DNA of 64,000 nucleotides from Candidatus Latescibacterota bacterium. GTDB taxonomy: Bacteria; Latescibacterota; UBA2968; UBA8231. Position 1 is the first letter of the stretch. Each line of letters opens with the position of its first letter. The notes under the pieces are model-generated. The model did no database searches. It worked only from the letters and a program-made list of their open reading frames with translations, and was not told the origin of the DNA. Made by a program: the position numbers and the translations under genes. Shown here piece after piece: positions 38,494 through 48,808 of the stretch. The stretch covers positions 544,001-608,000 of the forward strand of contig CBDETY010000003.1 in NCBI GenBank assembly GCA_965243025.1, read 5' to 3'.

Positions 38494-39396
38494 GTGGGAA
38501 TCGCCAGGCGCCGGGTTCTATTGGGGGCATCGATACTGATCGGCCTGTGCCTGCTGGCGCTGCTGGCCGCCCGGGTCCACCGGCCGCAGCCGTCGCCCGG
38601 ACACCCTTACTTTGCGGGGGCCGGGTTTCTCGTCGTCGCCCACCGCGGCGGCAGGGGGATGGGTCCCGAGAACACCCTGCCGCTGTTCAGGGAGGCGGTG
38701 AAGGCCGGGGCGGACGTCCTCGAGATGGACGTGCGCCTCAGCCTCGACGGGGTGCTGGTCGTCCATCACGACCGCACCGTGCGCCGCACCACCGGCGCCT
38801 CCGGCCGCGTCGACTCGCTGACCGCCGCCCGGCTGCAGGCCCTCGACGCCGGCTTCGGCTGGAGCCGCGACGGCATGAGCCACCCGTTCCGCGGCAAGGG
38901 GTACCGGATCCCGCGGCTCGCCGAGGTGCTGCGCGCCTTCCCCGGGCAGCGCATGCTGATCGAGCTCAAGCCGCGGCGGCGGCTCGCCGCCGAGGCCCTG
39001 TGCGGGGAGATCCGCGGCGCCGGGATGCAGGACCGGGTGGCGGTGGCCGGCTTCGACGGAGAGACGTTGGGCGCCTTCCGCGGCATCTGCCCGGAGGTCG
39101 CCACCTCCGCCGCCGGCGGGGAGGTGGTCGCCTGGAAGGTTTCGCACCTTCTCGGGCTCGGCAACTTCTACACCCCGGAGTTCGAGCTGTTCGCGGTGCC
39201 GGAACGGGCCGGGCCCCTGCGGATCGTCGACCGCGGCTTCGCCTCCCGGGCCCGGGAACGCAACCTGCCGGTGCAGGTCTGGACCGTAAACGAAACCGGA
39301 GACATGGAGCGGCTGATCGACCTCGGGGCGACCGGCATTCTGACCGACCGCCCGGTACGGCTGCTCGGGCTGCTCCGCGAGAAGGGACTGAGATGA
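38494..39396 (+). CDS. Glycerophosphodiester phosphodiesterase with N-terminal membrane anchor
   Basis: VAHRGG...PENTL, LEMDV, VVHHD, LIELK, VWTVN, GILTDRP. Confidence 0.93.
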   Translation: MGIARRRVLLGASILIGLCLLALLAARVHRPQPSPGHPYFAGAGFLVVAHRGGRGMGPENTLPLFREAVKAGADVLEMDVRLSLDGVLVVHHDRTVRRTTGASGRVDSLTAARLQALDAGFGWSRDGMSHPFRGKGYRIPRLAEVLRAFPGQRMLIELKPRRRLAAEALCGEIRGAGMQDRVAVAGFDGETLGAFRGICPEVATSAAGGEVVAWKVSHLLGLGNFYTPEFELFAVPERAGPLRIVDRGFASRARERNLPVQVWTVNETGDMERLIDLGATGILTDRPVRLLGLLREKGLR

Positions 39397-40100
39397 AGGA
39401 CGAAGTGCTGGCCGCCAGCGGCCTGACCAAGACCTACCGGAGCGGCAACCGCGACCTGACGGTGCTGAGCGACGTCAGCTTCTCGGTGCCGCGCGGCTCA
39501 ACCTGCGCCGTGGTCGGCCCCTCCGGGAGCGGCAAGACCACCCTGCTCGGGCTGTGCGCCGGCCTCGACCGCGCCTCCTCGGGATCGGTGGTGCTCGACG
39601 GCATGGCCCTCGACGAGCTCGACGAAGACCGGCGCGCCCGCCTGCGCAGCGAGAAGGTCGGGTTCGTGTTCCAGACCTTTCAGCTGGTGCCGACCCTGAC
39701 GGCGCTCGAGAACGTGTCGGTGCCGCTCGAGCTGCGGGGGGAGAAGGGGGTGGAGGCGCAGGCGCGGGAGCTGCTCGAGCGCGTCGGGCTCGGCGACCGT
39801 ACCGGCCACTACCCGGCGCAACTGTCGGGAGGAGAGCAGCAGCGGGCCGGGCTTGCGCGCGCCTTCATCAACCGCCCGCGGATCCTGTTCGCCGACGAGC
39901 CGACCGGCAATCTCGACACCGAGACCGGCGGGGTGGTCGCCGACCTGATGTTCAACCTCAACGAGGAGGCGGGCACGGCGCTGGTGCTGGTGACCCACGA
40001 CATCGAGCTGGCGCGGCGGGCGGGGCGCATCATCCGCCTGCACGGGGGCCGCGTCGCCGAGGACTCGGGGGGCCCCGGGGAGGAAGGGGTTACCGCATGA
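39393..40100 (+). CDS. ybbA: ABC transporter ATP-binding protein (YbbA/LolD-like)
   Basis: GPSGSGKT, GFVFQTFQL, LSGGEQQR, FADEPTGNLD, VTHD. ATGA overlap with the upstream gene. Confidence 0.9.
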   Translation: MKDEVLAASGLTKTYRSGNRDLTVLSDVSFSVPRGSTCAVVGPSGSGKTTLLGLCAGLDRASSGSVVLDGMALDELDEDRRARLRSEKVGFVFQTFQLVPTLTALENVSVPLELRGEKGVEAQARELLERVGLGDRTGHYPAQLSGGEQQRAGLARAFINRPRILFADEPTGNLDTETGGVVADLMFNLNEEAGTALVLVTHDIELARRAGRIIRLHGGRVAEDSGGPGEEGVTA

Positions 40101-42631
40101 CGGGTTGGGTCCTGCGCATGGCCTGGCGGGACAGCCGCGGCCGCCGCGGCCGGCTGTTCCTGCACACCGTTTCCATCGCCGTCGGGATCGCCGCCCTGAC
40201 CGGGCTGCGCGGTCTCTCGCGCACCATGGAGGAGAACGTCGACGAGCAGGCCGCGGCCCTGATGGGAGCCGACGTCGAGATCGAGAGCGCCGCCCCTTTC
40301 GAGGGGGAGCTGCGGGGGATCGTCGATTCGCTCGCCGCCCTCGGCGGCCGCATTGCGGAGGAGGCGGAGATGAACTCGATGGTCCTGTTCCCGGCCTCCG
40401 GGGGCAGCCGCCTCGCCCGGGTGCGCGCCCTGCGGGGGGGATTCCCGTTCTACGGGGAGCTCGGCGCCGACCCCCCCGAAGCAGCGGCCTCCTGGCAGGC
40501 GGCGGGCATGGCCCTGGTCGACGACGGCCTGATGCTGCAGTACGGCGTCGACGTCGGGGACACCATCCGCGTCGGCCGCGTGAGCCTGGCCATCGCCGGC
40601 CGGCTGCTGAACCTGCCCGGGGAGACGGCGTTCCGCAGCGACCTGCAGCCTGTCGTCTTCATGCCGCTGGACCGCCTCGGGCAGACCGGGCTGATACAGC
40701 GGGGGAGCCGGGTGCGCTACCGCGTCCACTTCGAGCTGCCGGAGGAAACCGACGCGGCGGCCCTGGCAGCCTCCCTCGACGAACGGCTCGAGCGCCTCGA
40801 CGCCGAAATCGAGACGGTGGAGGACCACAAGCGGCGCCTGGGGCGCACCCTGCGCAACCTCTACCGCTTCCTCGGCCTCGGCAGCTTCGTCGCCCTGCTG
40901 CTCGGGGCGGTCGGGGTCGCCAGCGCCGTCCACGCCCACGTCGAGCAGAAGCTGGAGACCGTCGCCGTCCTGCGCAGCCTCGGGGCCGCCTCCGGGGCGG
41001 CGCTGCGCATCTACCTCGTGCAGGCCTTCGCCATGGGGCTGATCGGCTCCCTCGCCGGGGCCGCGGCCGGCACCGTCCTGCTCTGGCGGCTGCCCTCCCT
41101 GCTCGCCGATTTCCTCCCGAAAGAGCTGGGAGAGCTGCAGGCGGCGCCGTCGCTGCCGGCGCTGGCCGAGGGGGTGGCGGCCGGTTCGGCGATCTCCCTG
41201 CTGTTCGCCGCCCTGCCGCTGCTGGCGGTGCGCCGGGTGTCGCCGCTGCTGGCCCTGCGCGCCTCGTACGAGACCGAGCCGGGCACCGGCGACCGCCTCG
41301 TCCGCGCCCTGCTGCTCGCCCTGGCGGCCGGCGCCACCTTCCTGCTGGCCCGGGCCCTGGCCGGGCGTCCTGACCACGCCCTGTACTTCGCCGGCGGAAC
41401 CCTGGCGGCGCTGCTCCTGCTTGCGGGTTCGGCGCGCCTCCTGCGCGGCGCCCTCAGGCGCTGGCTGCCGTCGGGCTGCGGCTACCTGCTGCGCCAGGGC
41501 CTGGCCAACCTCTACCGCCCCCACAACCAGACCCTGCTGCTGCTGGCCAGCCTCGGCCTCGGCACCTTCCTCGTCGCCGCCCTCTACACCGCGCAGACCT
41601 CCATTCTCGGGCACGTCAACAGCGTCGCCGGGGGCCAGCGGCCGAACATGGTGCTGTTCGACATCCAGAGCGACCAGAAGGAAGCGGCCGCCGCCCTTGT
41701 GAGGGAGATAGGGATGCCGGTGATGCAGGAGGTTCCGGTGGTCGCCATGCGGCTGCGGGAGGTGAAGGACAAGACCGTGGAGGAGTTGCTGAGCGAGGGT
41801 CCGCGCGGGAGCCGCTGGGCCCTGGGCCGCGAGTACCGCGTCACCTACCGCGACACCCTCACCGGGACGGAGGTGATCGTCGCCGGACAGTGGCGGGGGT
41901 CGGCCGCGGACACCGTCTTCGTCTCCCTCGAGCGCAGGCTGGCCGAGGCCCTCGACGTGGACCTCGGTGACAGGCTGCTCTTCGACGTCCAGGGGGTTCC
42001 GGTCGAGGCCGTCGTCGGCAGCCTGCGGCAGGTCGAGTGGCAGCGCATCATGCCGAACTTCCTCGTCCTGTTCCCCGCCGGGGTCCTCGAGGAGGCGCCC
42101 CAGTTCCACGTCCTCGTTACCCGCTCAGGCGACGCCGAGACCCGCGCCGAGCTGCAGCTGCGGGCGGTCGGGGACTTCCCCAACGTGTCGGTCATCGACC
42201 TCGACCTGGTGCTGAGCACCGTCGACAAGGTGCTGGACAAGGTAGCGGTGGTGGTGCGCTTCGTCGCCCTGTTCAGCATCGCCACCGGGCTCGCGGTGCT
42301 GGCCGCCGTGGTTACCGGCAGCCGCTTCCAGCGCCTGCGGGAGAGCGCCCTGCTGCGCACCCTGGGAGCCAGCCGCGGCCAGGTCGGGCGCATCCTGCTG
42401 ATCGAGCACCTGCTCCTCGGCGGGCTCGCCGGACTGGTCGGGCTCGTGCTGGCGATGGCGGGGGGCTGGGCCCTGGCGACCTTCGTCTTCGAGGTGACCT
42501 ACGCCCCCTCGTGGCAGGCCCTGGGGTTCGCCCTGGTCGCCGTGCCGCTCTGCACTGTCCTGGCCGGGTTTATCGGCAGCCGCGGGGTCCACACGGCCAC
42601 GCCCCTCGAGGTCCTGCGGCAGGCCGACTGA
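40097..42631 (+). CDS. ybbP: ABC transporter permease, double FtsX-like (YbbP-like)
   Basis: MAWRDSR, GFPFYGEL, AVLRSLGA, PNMVLFDIQSDQ, RESALLRTLGA. ATGA overlap. Confidence 0.9.
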   Translation: MTGWVLRMAWRDSRGRRGRLFLHTVSIAVGIAALTGLRGLSRTMEENVDEQAAALMGADVEIESAAPFEGELRGIVDSLAALGGRIAEEAEMNSMVLFPASGGSRLARVRALRGGFPFYGELGADPPEAAASWQAAGMALVDDGLMLQYGVDVGDTIRVGRVSLAIAGRLLNLPGETAFRSDLQPVVFMPLDRLGQTGLIQRGSRVRYRVHFELPEETDAAALAASLDERLERLDAEIETVEDHKRRLGRTLRNLYRFLGLGSFVALLLGAVGVASAVHAHVEQKLETVAVLRSLGAASGAALRIYLVQAFAMGLIGSLAGAAAGTVLLWRLPSLLADFLPKELGELQAAPSLPALAEGVAAGSAISLLFAALPLLAVRRVSPLLALRASYETEPGTGDRLVRALLLALAAGATFLLARALAGRPDHALYFAGGTLAALLLLAGSARLLRGALRRWLPSGCGYLLRQGLANLYRPHNQTLLLLASLGLGTFLVAALYTAQTSILGHVNSVAGGQRPNMVLFDIQSDQKEAAAALVREIGMPVMQEVPVVAMRLREVKDKTVEELLSEGPRGSRWALGREYRVTYRDTLTGTEVIVAGQWRGSAADTVFVSLERRLAEALDVDLGDRLLFDVQGVPVEAVVGSLRQVEWQRIMPNFLVLFPAGVLEEAPQFHVLVTRSGDAETRAELQLRAVGDFPNVSVIDLDLVLSTVDKVLDKVAVVVRFVALFSIATGLAVLAAVVTGSRFQRLRESALLRTLGASRGQVGRILLIEHLLLGGLAGLVGLVLAMAGGWALATFVFEVTYAPSWQALGFALVAVPLCTVLAGFIGSRGVHTATPLEVLRQAD

Positions 42632-42661
42632 CCCCTGATTTTCTGTATCAGTGGTGCATAT

Positions 42662-42701
42662 CTCCCATGGCGTGGGTGATTTTCACCCATGGCATGGGGG
42701 A
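42662..42701. terminator. Long hairpin between convergent genes, probable bidirectional terminator
   Basis: CCCATGGCGTGGGTGA-TTT-TCACCCATGGCATGGG, 14/16 complementary arms. Confidence 0.55.
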
Positions 42702-43448
42702 TTACCCGTTCGGTTCTCCCGCCAGGCGGCGCAGCAGCGGTTCGAGGGAAGCCCACACCACCGCGGCGACGCGGGCGTGTCCCGCCGCGTTCGGGTGGAT
42801 GCCGTCGGCGAACATCAACTCCGGATCTCCGCCGACCCCTTCGAGCAGGAACGGAATCAGCAGGGCCCCGCTCCGCTCGGCGAGACGGGGGAAGATGTCG
42901 CGGAAGCGGCCTGTGTAGTCCGGCCCGAGGTTGGGGGGAAGCTGCATGCCGGCGATCACCAGCTCGACTCCGGGGTTCTTCTTCCTTGCCCGCGCCAGAA
43001 TGGCGGCGAGGTTGCTCTCGGTCTGCTGCAGCGGCAGGCCGCGCAGCCCGTCGTTGCCCCCCAGCTCGAGGACGAAGACGTCGACCGGCCGGCGCAGGAC
43101 CCAGTCGACGCGGCGCAGGCCGGCGGCGGTGGTCTCGCCGTCGAGGCCGGCGTTGACGACGCGGAAGTTCCACCCCAGCGAGTCGATGCGGGCCTGCACG
43201 AGGGCGGGGTAGGCCTGCTCGCGATCCAGGCTGTACCCCGAGGTCAGGCTGTCGCCGAAGAAGAGGATGGTGCGCGCGCTGTCCCCCGACGCCAGGGCGG
43301 CGGCGGGGGTATCGGCAAGGCAGAGGGAATTGGAGAGCAGTGCGCAGAGGAGGAAAAGCCCGAGGCCAAGGAACCCTCTTGAGGGATGCGATACGCCTCG
43401 CCGCCTTCCGGCGCTGATATTCCCGATGCCATCGACGGGGTATTTCAC
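42702..43448 (-). CDS. tesA: Periplasmic arylesterase/acyl-CoA thioesterase I (SGNH/GDSL)
   Basis: FGDSLTSGY, NAGLDGETT, LELGGNDGLRG, DGIHPN. Signal-like hydrophobic stretch. Start uncertain. Confidence 0.9.
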   Translation of the reverse strand: MKYPVDGIGNISAGRRRGVSHPSRGFLGLGLFLLCALLSNSLCLADTPAAALASGDSARTILFFGDSLTSGYSLDREQAYPALVQARIDSLGWNFRVVNAGLDGETTAAGLRRVDWVLRRPVDVFVLELGGNDGLRGLPLQQTESNLAAILARARKKNPGVELVIAGMQLPPNLGPDYTGRFRDIFPRLAERSGALLIPFLLEGVGGDPELMFADGIHPNAAGHARVAAVVWASLEPLLRRLAGEPNG

Positions 43449-43757
43449 TTGGCCTCGTCCCACTCGCTCGCCTCGATTTCCGCCTGGGGTGCCGGGCGGG
43501 GTCTCAAAAGTTCCCGAGGATCCCCCGTCGGCCGTCACGTTCCTTTCGCCAGGGGGGCTCGGTGAAGGTGATTGGATTATCATTGAAAGGAATGGTATGG
43601 AGAGGACGTTGGAGAACCACTTCGTTCCTCCAACAGGTCAATTGGACCTGATTCCCGTAAAAATACCGATGCGATAAAACCGATAGGCGGAAGGTGCGGT
43701 GCCGGAGCTGGTGGAGCAATGGGTGGGTTCTGACCGATTCGCCCCGGGTTCAATGAG

Positions 43758-44765
43758 ATGAGCAGGGAAACCCCCGCAACCCCTCCTGAAGGTGAGATCG
43801 CCGTCTACGAAACACCGGATGGCGAAGTGCGTGTGGATGTCCGCCTCGGCCAGGAAACCGTTTGGCTGACCCAACGGCAGATGGCGCAAGTTTTCGACAC
43901 CACCCCCGAGAACGTCCAGATGCACCTGCGAAACGTATTCTCCAGCGGGGAGTTGGAGTCAGAGGCAACTGCCAAGGATTTCTTGGTAGTTCAAACCGAG
44001 GGCAAGCGCCGGGTTCGACGAACCCTCAAGCATTACGACCTCGACGCCATCATTTCGGTAGGCTACCGGGTCAACTCAAAGAAAGGCGTGCGCTTCCGCC
44101 AATGGGCCACCAGAACCCTCCGCGATCACCTGGTCCGGGGCTACACCCTGAACGAGCGTCGTCTCGCCGAGCGCGGACTGCGGGAAGCCCGGGAAACCCT
44201 CGATCTCCTCGCCCGGACTCTTCGGAATCAGGCGCTCGTGGACAATACCGGGCAGGCCGTTCTGGAGCTCATCAGCGGCTATTCAGACACTTGGCGCCTG
44301 CTCCTCGAATACGACGAGGACCGGCTGGCGACGCCGCCCGGGGCAAAGCCGTCCGTTGGGGTGCTCGATGGCGATCGCGCCATCCGGGCAATCGCCGAGT
44401 TCAAGCGGGAACTGATGGCGCGCGACGAGGCTTCTTCCCTGTTCGGCAATCCTCGCGGCGACGCTCTGGAGGCTATTCTCGGGAGCATCGAGCAGACCAT
44501 GTTCGGCGAGTCCCTCTACCGCTCTCCCGAGGAGAAGGCGGCGCATCTGCTCTATTTCATCGTGAAGGATCACCCCTTCACCGATGGCAACAAGCGCATC
44601 GGCTCCCTGTTGTTTCTGCTGTACCTGAAGCAGGAGGGCCTTGACCATCGGCTCAATCCCGAGGCTTTGACGGCGCTCACCCTGCTTATTGCTGAAAGCC
44701 AGGCCGCCGGCAAGGACCTTATGGTCCGCCTCATCATCAATCTGCTGGCGGAGTCTGCCGGGTGA
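43758..44765 (+). CDS. RhuM/Fic-DOC fusion protein
   Basis: ETVWLTQRQMA, YDLDAIISVGYRVNS..G.RFRQWA (RhuM). HPFTDGNKRIG (Fic/DOC motif). Confidence 0.92.
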   Translation: MSRETPATPPEGEIAVYETPDGEVRVDVRLGQETVWLTQRQMAQVFDTTPENVQMHLRNVFSSGELESEATAKDFLVVQTEGKRRVRRTLKHYDLDAIISVGYRVNSKKGVRFRQWATRTLRDHLVRGYTLNERRLAERGLREARETLDLLARTLRNQALVDNTGQAVLELISGYSDTWRLLLEYDEDRLATPPGAKPSVGVLDGDRAIRAIAEFKRELMARDEASSLFGNPRGDALEAILGSIEQTMFGESLYRSPEEKAAHLLYFIVKDHPFTDGNKRIGSLLFLLYLKQEGLDHRLNPEALTALTLLIAESQAAGKDLMVRLIINLLAESAG

Positions 44766-44821
44766 GGGGTCAGTCCGATCGCGAAGCCGCCCCTTGCGAT
44801 GCCGGCAACAGGAGACGGGGA

Positions 44822-45640
44822 ATGTCTGAGGACCTGCTGATTCTGGAACCCGGCCAGAAGCGGTTCTTCGACGACAACGGGTACCTGCTGCTGCCGGGCT
44901 TCTACGGCCCCGGCGAGATGGAGGAGATGCGGCGGCAGTTTCACGAGTTGGTCACCGACAGGGATGGGCGTCCGCGGAACATGAGCTACTCCTTCATGGA
45001 GCCTGTGGAGGGGTACCCTCCCGACGGGTTCAACCCCGGGAACGTCGTCGGCATGATGGACCAGACCCTGGCGAACGACTACTGGTTCGACCAGTTCACC
45101 GAGCCGCGGATCGTGTCGGTGATGGTCGACCTGCTCGGGCCGAACCTAGACTTCCACAACGGCAAGATCCGCAACAAGCCGCCGGGATTCACCAACACCC
45201 AGGGCTGGCACCAGGACTGGCCGTACGTGCTGCACACCGAGCCCGACCTCGCCGCGGCGATCACCTACCTCGACGCGACCGACGCCGGCGCCGGAGCCAC
45301 CGAGGTGATTCCGGGAAGCCATCTCGACGGCTTCCTGCCAACCGTGGAAGACCGGCCGACCCTGGTGCAGGAGAATGTGCCGGAGGAGAGGCGGGAGGTC
45401 ATTCGGGCGCAACCCGGAGACGTGGCCGTCATCCACGTCCTTGTGATTCACCAGGCCGGAAACAACCGCACTTCGACGAGCCGCAACGCCATCATCAACG
45501 AGTACAAGACCGCGGAGACAATCGACCAGTGGAACAACCGCTGCGCCTTCGCCGGACTGCCGCTGGCGCGCAACCGGGAGCTGCTGATGCCGCGCGTCAA
45601 CGAGACGGGGAAGGACAGCCGAAAGGGACAGCCGCCGTGA
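44822..45640 (+). CDS. PhyH-family Fe(II)/2OG dioxygenase
   Basis: FFDDNGYL, NKPPG, GWHQDWPY, YLD, GATEVIPGSH, IHQAGNNRT..SR. Confidence 0.9.
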   Translation: MSEDLLILEPGQKRFFDDNGYLLLPGFYGPGEMEEMRRQFHELVTDRDGRPRNMSYSFMEPVEGYPPDGFNPGNVVGMMDQTLANDYWFDQFTEPRIVSVMVDLLGPNLDFHNGKIRNKPPGFTNTQGWHQDWPYVLHTEPDLAAAITYLDATDAGAGATEVIPGSHLDGFLPTVEDRPTLVQENVPEERREVIRAQPGDVAVIHVLVIHQAGNNRTSTSRNAIINEYKTAETIDQWNNRCAFAGLPLARNRELLMPRVNETGKDSRKGQPP

Positions 45641-45708
45641 CAGGGAGCTGGGAGCGAAGCGACAACGAGGTGCCCGTCGCGCTGCGGAACGTGGCGGCGC
45701 GAACCCCT
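45550..45708 (+). repeat. Direct repeat copy 1: phyH 3' end plus truncated 5' end of the M20 gene
   Basis: Aligns by eye with 49514-49682; both encode ...AGLPLARNR.LLMPRV... and TGSWERSDNEV. Confidence 0.85.
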
Positions 45709-45716
45709 TCCTCTAT

Positions 45717-47273
45717 CAGGCCGTTGAAAATCCGGGTTATTCCGGAAACCCCGGACGTCGCGGATGTATGATTTCCTTTCCCAAGAAAATCGGTTATCAG
45801 GCTAAACATTCCCATTTATAGAAATGGTCCCGAAAAGGACAGCTCAACAATCGCAAATAACCGAAAATTCGACCCAAAAGAGCGTTTGCGCGATCGGCAA
45901 AAGTCGAGAAAACCGATGCCAATCCATACAACCCTTTCGGCGTTCCCTTTCCGGTGAGCTTGCGCATCACCAGCCCGAGATTGAAGGCGCCGCCATGAAT
46001 ACACAGACGCTTGTAGATGTTGGTGTGGCCGCGCAGGTGAGTGCGGCGCATGCCTCCCGTTTCGTAGGTATGAGCGAAACTGCGCTCCACGTGCTCGGCG
46101 CGAAGCCGCTGCAGCCTCTTGCCGCGGTCTCCCCGTATACGCCGACGATTCGCATACACCGCCGTCTTGGCCGGCGCATCCTTCTTCCAGTTGCGCCGAC
46201 CGCGATCCGGTTCGGCCACGTAGCTGCGGATCTCCGCCGTCCTCAGCATCTTCATCGTGTCATTGCTGTGATACCCCCGGTCCGCCACCACTTCGCTCAG
46301 CCTGATCTGCTCATCGACACCGACCTCTTTCAGGCTGCGGTCCGCCTGCACCAGACTCCACAGCAGCGACGCGGTATCCCCTTCATCGGCGCCGCACACC
46401 TGCAGGGCCACCAGCGCCTGCGTGTCCAGATCGACCGTATGTTCGGCCTTGTGGGCCATATGCGTGCGGCCGTCTTTCATCCTGGTTATGCGGGCCTCCC
46501 GATCATGGGGATGCGCCCAGTCCCGGTTGGACGCCTTGTTGGCCCGCTTGCGGTCGAGCCGGGCCACCTCCTGCCGGGTCGGCTCCGGAATGCCTTCGGC
46601 CCGGGCCAACCCTTCCAGATACTCGCGGTAGCCCTGGCCCGTATCCCGGCGCACGATGCTGCGCATCGCCGCGTTGGCCTCCAGCGTGGTGGCGTCCACC
46701 GCCACCGTCTTTCCCTGCAGCAGGTCCCGGTCGGACAACACCTTCAGCACCCAGTCGAAGACCGCTTCGTGCACCGCTTCGGGCAGGCGCTGACGAATAC
46801 GCGACAGGCTCGAATGATCCGGGGTGGACTCGGTCAGGGCGTAGCCGAGAAAGCGACGCAGAGCCAACGAATCGGCGACCCGCCAGGCAATGGCCCGCTC
46901 CGATCCCAGGCCTTCGAAATAGCCGATCATGAGCATGCGGAAATACACCCCGGGAGCAATACTGGGACGGCCCAACCTCTGGGCGTAATACGGGGCGCAC
47001 TGCTCTTCTACAAAGGAATCAAACCCATGCTCTTCCAGCAGCCGGTTGAGTTGGGTGTAAAACGGATGGCTCGGGGTCTCGGGGAGGGTATGGGTCGGCA
47101 CCCAGATCTCCTGCTGCTGACTTTTCCGACGTTTGCTCATCGACATCACCGGCCTCCTTGGGGCATCGGCTCGTTTTTCTTGGATCTTTCATAAATCTAG
47201 AAAAGGGCGGGTACGACGGGCAATCGTCTGAGGCTATGTTTTTATTAGGAAATAGGACTTTTTCAACAGCCTG
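45717..47273 (-). mobile_element. Insertion sequence (IS1182/IS5-like), 1557 bp, apparently intact
   Basis: TIRs CAGGCCGTTGAAAA (45717-45730) and TTTTCAACAGCCTG (47260-47273) match 13/14. 4-bp target duplication CTAT at 45713-45716 and 47274-47277. Confidence 0.92.
45797..47146 (-). CDS. DDE transposase (DUF772-type N-terminus)
   Basis: GRPSIAP...FRML.IGYFEG..SER, PDHSSLSR.R, VDATTLEANA, ADRGYHS, R...VERSFAH. AAGGAGG RBS. Confidence 0.93.
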   Translation of the reverse strand: MSMSKRRKSQQQEIWVPTHTLPETPSHPFYTQLNRLLEEHGFDSFVEEQCAPYYAQRLGRPSIAPGVYFRMLMIGYFEGLGSERAIAWRVADSLALRRFLGYALTESTPDHSSLSRIRQRLPEAVHEAVFDWVLKVLSDRDLLQGKTVAVDATTLEANAAMRSIVRRDTGQGYREYLEGLARAEGIPEPTRQEVARLDRKRANKASNRDWAHPHDREARITRMKDGRTHMAHKAEHTVDLDTQALVALQVCGADEGDTASLLWSLVQADRSLKEVGVDEQIRLSEVVADRGYHSNDTMKMLRTAEIRSYVAEPDRGRRNWKKDAPAKTAVYANRRRIRGDRGKRLQRLRAEHVERSFAHTYETGGMRRTHLRGHTNIYKRLCIHGGAFNLGLVMRKLTGKGTPKGLYGLASVFSTFADRANALLGRIFGYLRLLSCPFRDHFYKWECLA

Positions 47274-47372
47274 CTATATGTGGGCCGGTCGTTACCCCTG
47301 CCCCCTGACCTTGTGGGGCGTTCCCTGGAAGCCAATGAAACGATCCCCAGGTAGATGGTGTGCACGGGACGA

Positions 47373-48245
47373 TCATTGGTACCGGTATAGGGTTCCTTCC
47401 TGCGGGACAGCCTTGGCAGTAAGCACCAGTACGTAGGATCGGCCCTCTATACTGCTTCCCCCGACTATAACTGTGTCGCCGTTCTTCACGTTGAGGGTCG
47501 TCTCCAGCAGTTGAATCCGGAACAGATCTTGTCTTTCTATTGGCACGTTAGAAACTATCGGTGTAACGACCTCGATTCCGAGATGCTCCAACCTGATCAT
47601 GCCCGATCCTGGATCGTAAGAAGGCATGGCATCGAGTTGGAAAATTTCCCTACCACGGTCCGAAGGCCCACGCTGTTTGACAGTCAGCCCGAGATCCTCG
47701 ACCCGTTCCCCGGAGTTAACTGTAATTGAGGCGATACTCAGCAACTGATAGCCCTGCAAGTTGAACGGCGGCCGCATCAATGCCGGGTGGGGTTGCGTGT
47801 TGTACCTGCCTTTCGAGTCTCCGGAATCGCCCGTTTCTTTTTCTACCCCGAGCATTAGCTGGAAGCTCAAGGAGATTGTTGCTTTCGATGGCCGGATCGC
47901 CTCGTATATCCTCGTTGCCCTGGTAGCCATTTCGACGGTTTTCAACCTCAGAAAGAAACGGTCTCCAAGGGTGCCTGAAGTGTCAATCTCGATACCGAAT
48001 ATCGGGAGAGATGCCTTCAGGTTTTCCCAGGCGTCAAGGTCCTCGTCCGGTGCCGAGACGACGACCTCCGGCGGCAGCCATCTTCGGAGTTCCAATTCTT
48101 GAAATGAGCGTTCGATGATGGGGACAGGCCCCTCGGGTTCTTCGGCCCACGCGATCCCGGAAACCGCTGTAAGGCCCAGTCCGGCAAGCGCGAAGACCAC
48201 GGCCACCAATCGCGGCAATCTCCTCCTTGGTGTCATCGGTCTCAT
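47373..48245 (-). CDS. Exported hypothetical protein with secretin-like C-terminal strand motif
   Basis: Signal peptide (RRRLPRLVAVVFALAG...AWA|E). C-terminal LETTLNVKNGDTVIVGG. Last gene of the ECF operon. Confidence 0.6.
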   Translation of the reverse strand: MRPMTPRRRLPRLVAVVFALAGLGLTAVSGIAWAEEPEGPVPIIERSFQELELRRWLPPEVVVSAPDEDLDAWENLKASLPIFGIEIDTSGTLGDRFFLRLKTVEMATRATRIYEAIRPSKATISLSFQLMLGVEKETGDSGDSKGRYNTQPHPALMRPPFNLQGYQLLSIASITVNSGERVEDLGLTVKQRGPSDRGREIFQLDAMPSYDPGSGMIRLEHLGIEVVTPIVSNVPIERQDLFRIQLLETTLNVKNGDTVIVGGSSIEGRSYVLVLTAKAVPQEGTLYRYQ

Positions 48246-48247
48246 GA

Positions 48248-48808
48248 TTACATCTCCTCCGAAATGATCCAGACCACCGTGGTTTCCGGATCCGCCTGGT
48301 AAATGATGTGAGTGCCTTTCGGGAATGAAATCGATTCTACGAGAGGAGGAGGGCCGGCGCCTGGAAGAGGTGAATCGGGATTCAGGCGGCGGACCAGTGC
48401 CATCAACTGCGATCTGTCGATGCCGCCGGGGAACTTCTCCACTGAATCTTCCGCTGAAGGAGCCGGCGCCTCGACCTCCCCGGGCGGCAGGAGGTGAATC
48501 GACAAGGCTCCGATTCCTGCGATCACAAGTACCGCTGCCGCCGCATAACCACGCAGGCCCCAGGACCTTTTCCGTCTTTCCTGCGGGTCGTTCTCGATCC
48601 TGGCGCGCACTTCCGCGGCCAGATCGACCGGGAGCGCCGCTGCCGTCCCCTCTGCAAGCTGCCGCGATATCTCTCGTGAACGGCTGAAGGCGCGGGTTTC
48701 GGCCGCGCAGCCGGGACAGCGCCGCAGGTGCCTGTTCACCGCGCCAGTTGCCAGGCCCGGGAGATCCCCCTGCAGTGGGAGAAGCTTTTTCACCAGCCAG
48801 CAGATCAT
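48248..48808 (-). CDS. Zinc-finger (ZAS/zf-HC2) transmembrane anti-sigma factor
   Basis: HLRRCPGC (HxxxCxxC), single TM segment, overlaps the sigma factor stop. Confidence 0.82.
   Translation of the reverse strand: MICWLVKKLLPLQGDLPGLATGAVNRHLRRCPGCAAETRAFSRSREISRQLAEGTAAALPVDLAAEVRARIENDPQERRKRSWGLRGYAAAAVLVIAGIGALSIHLLPPGEVEAPAPSAEDSVEKFPGGIDRSQLMALVRRLNPDSPLPGAGPPPLVESISFPKGTHIIYQADPETTVVWIISEEM

Noticed and set aside
43608-43650. Two adjacent small inverted repeats upstream of rhuM-fic
   Set aside because: Arms of 6-7 bp without a U-tract or promoter context; insufficient support.
43758-44765. RhuM-Fic fusion as a novelty
   Set aside because: This fusion is an already recognised, widespread family.
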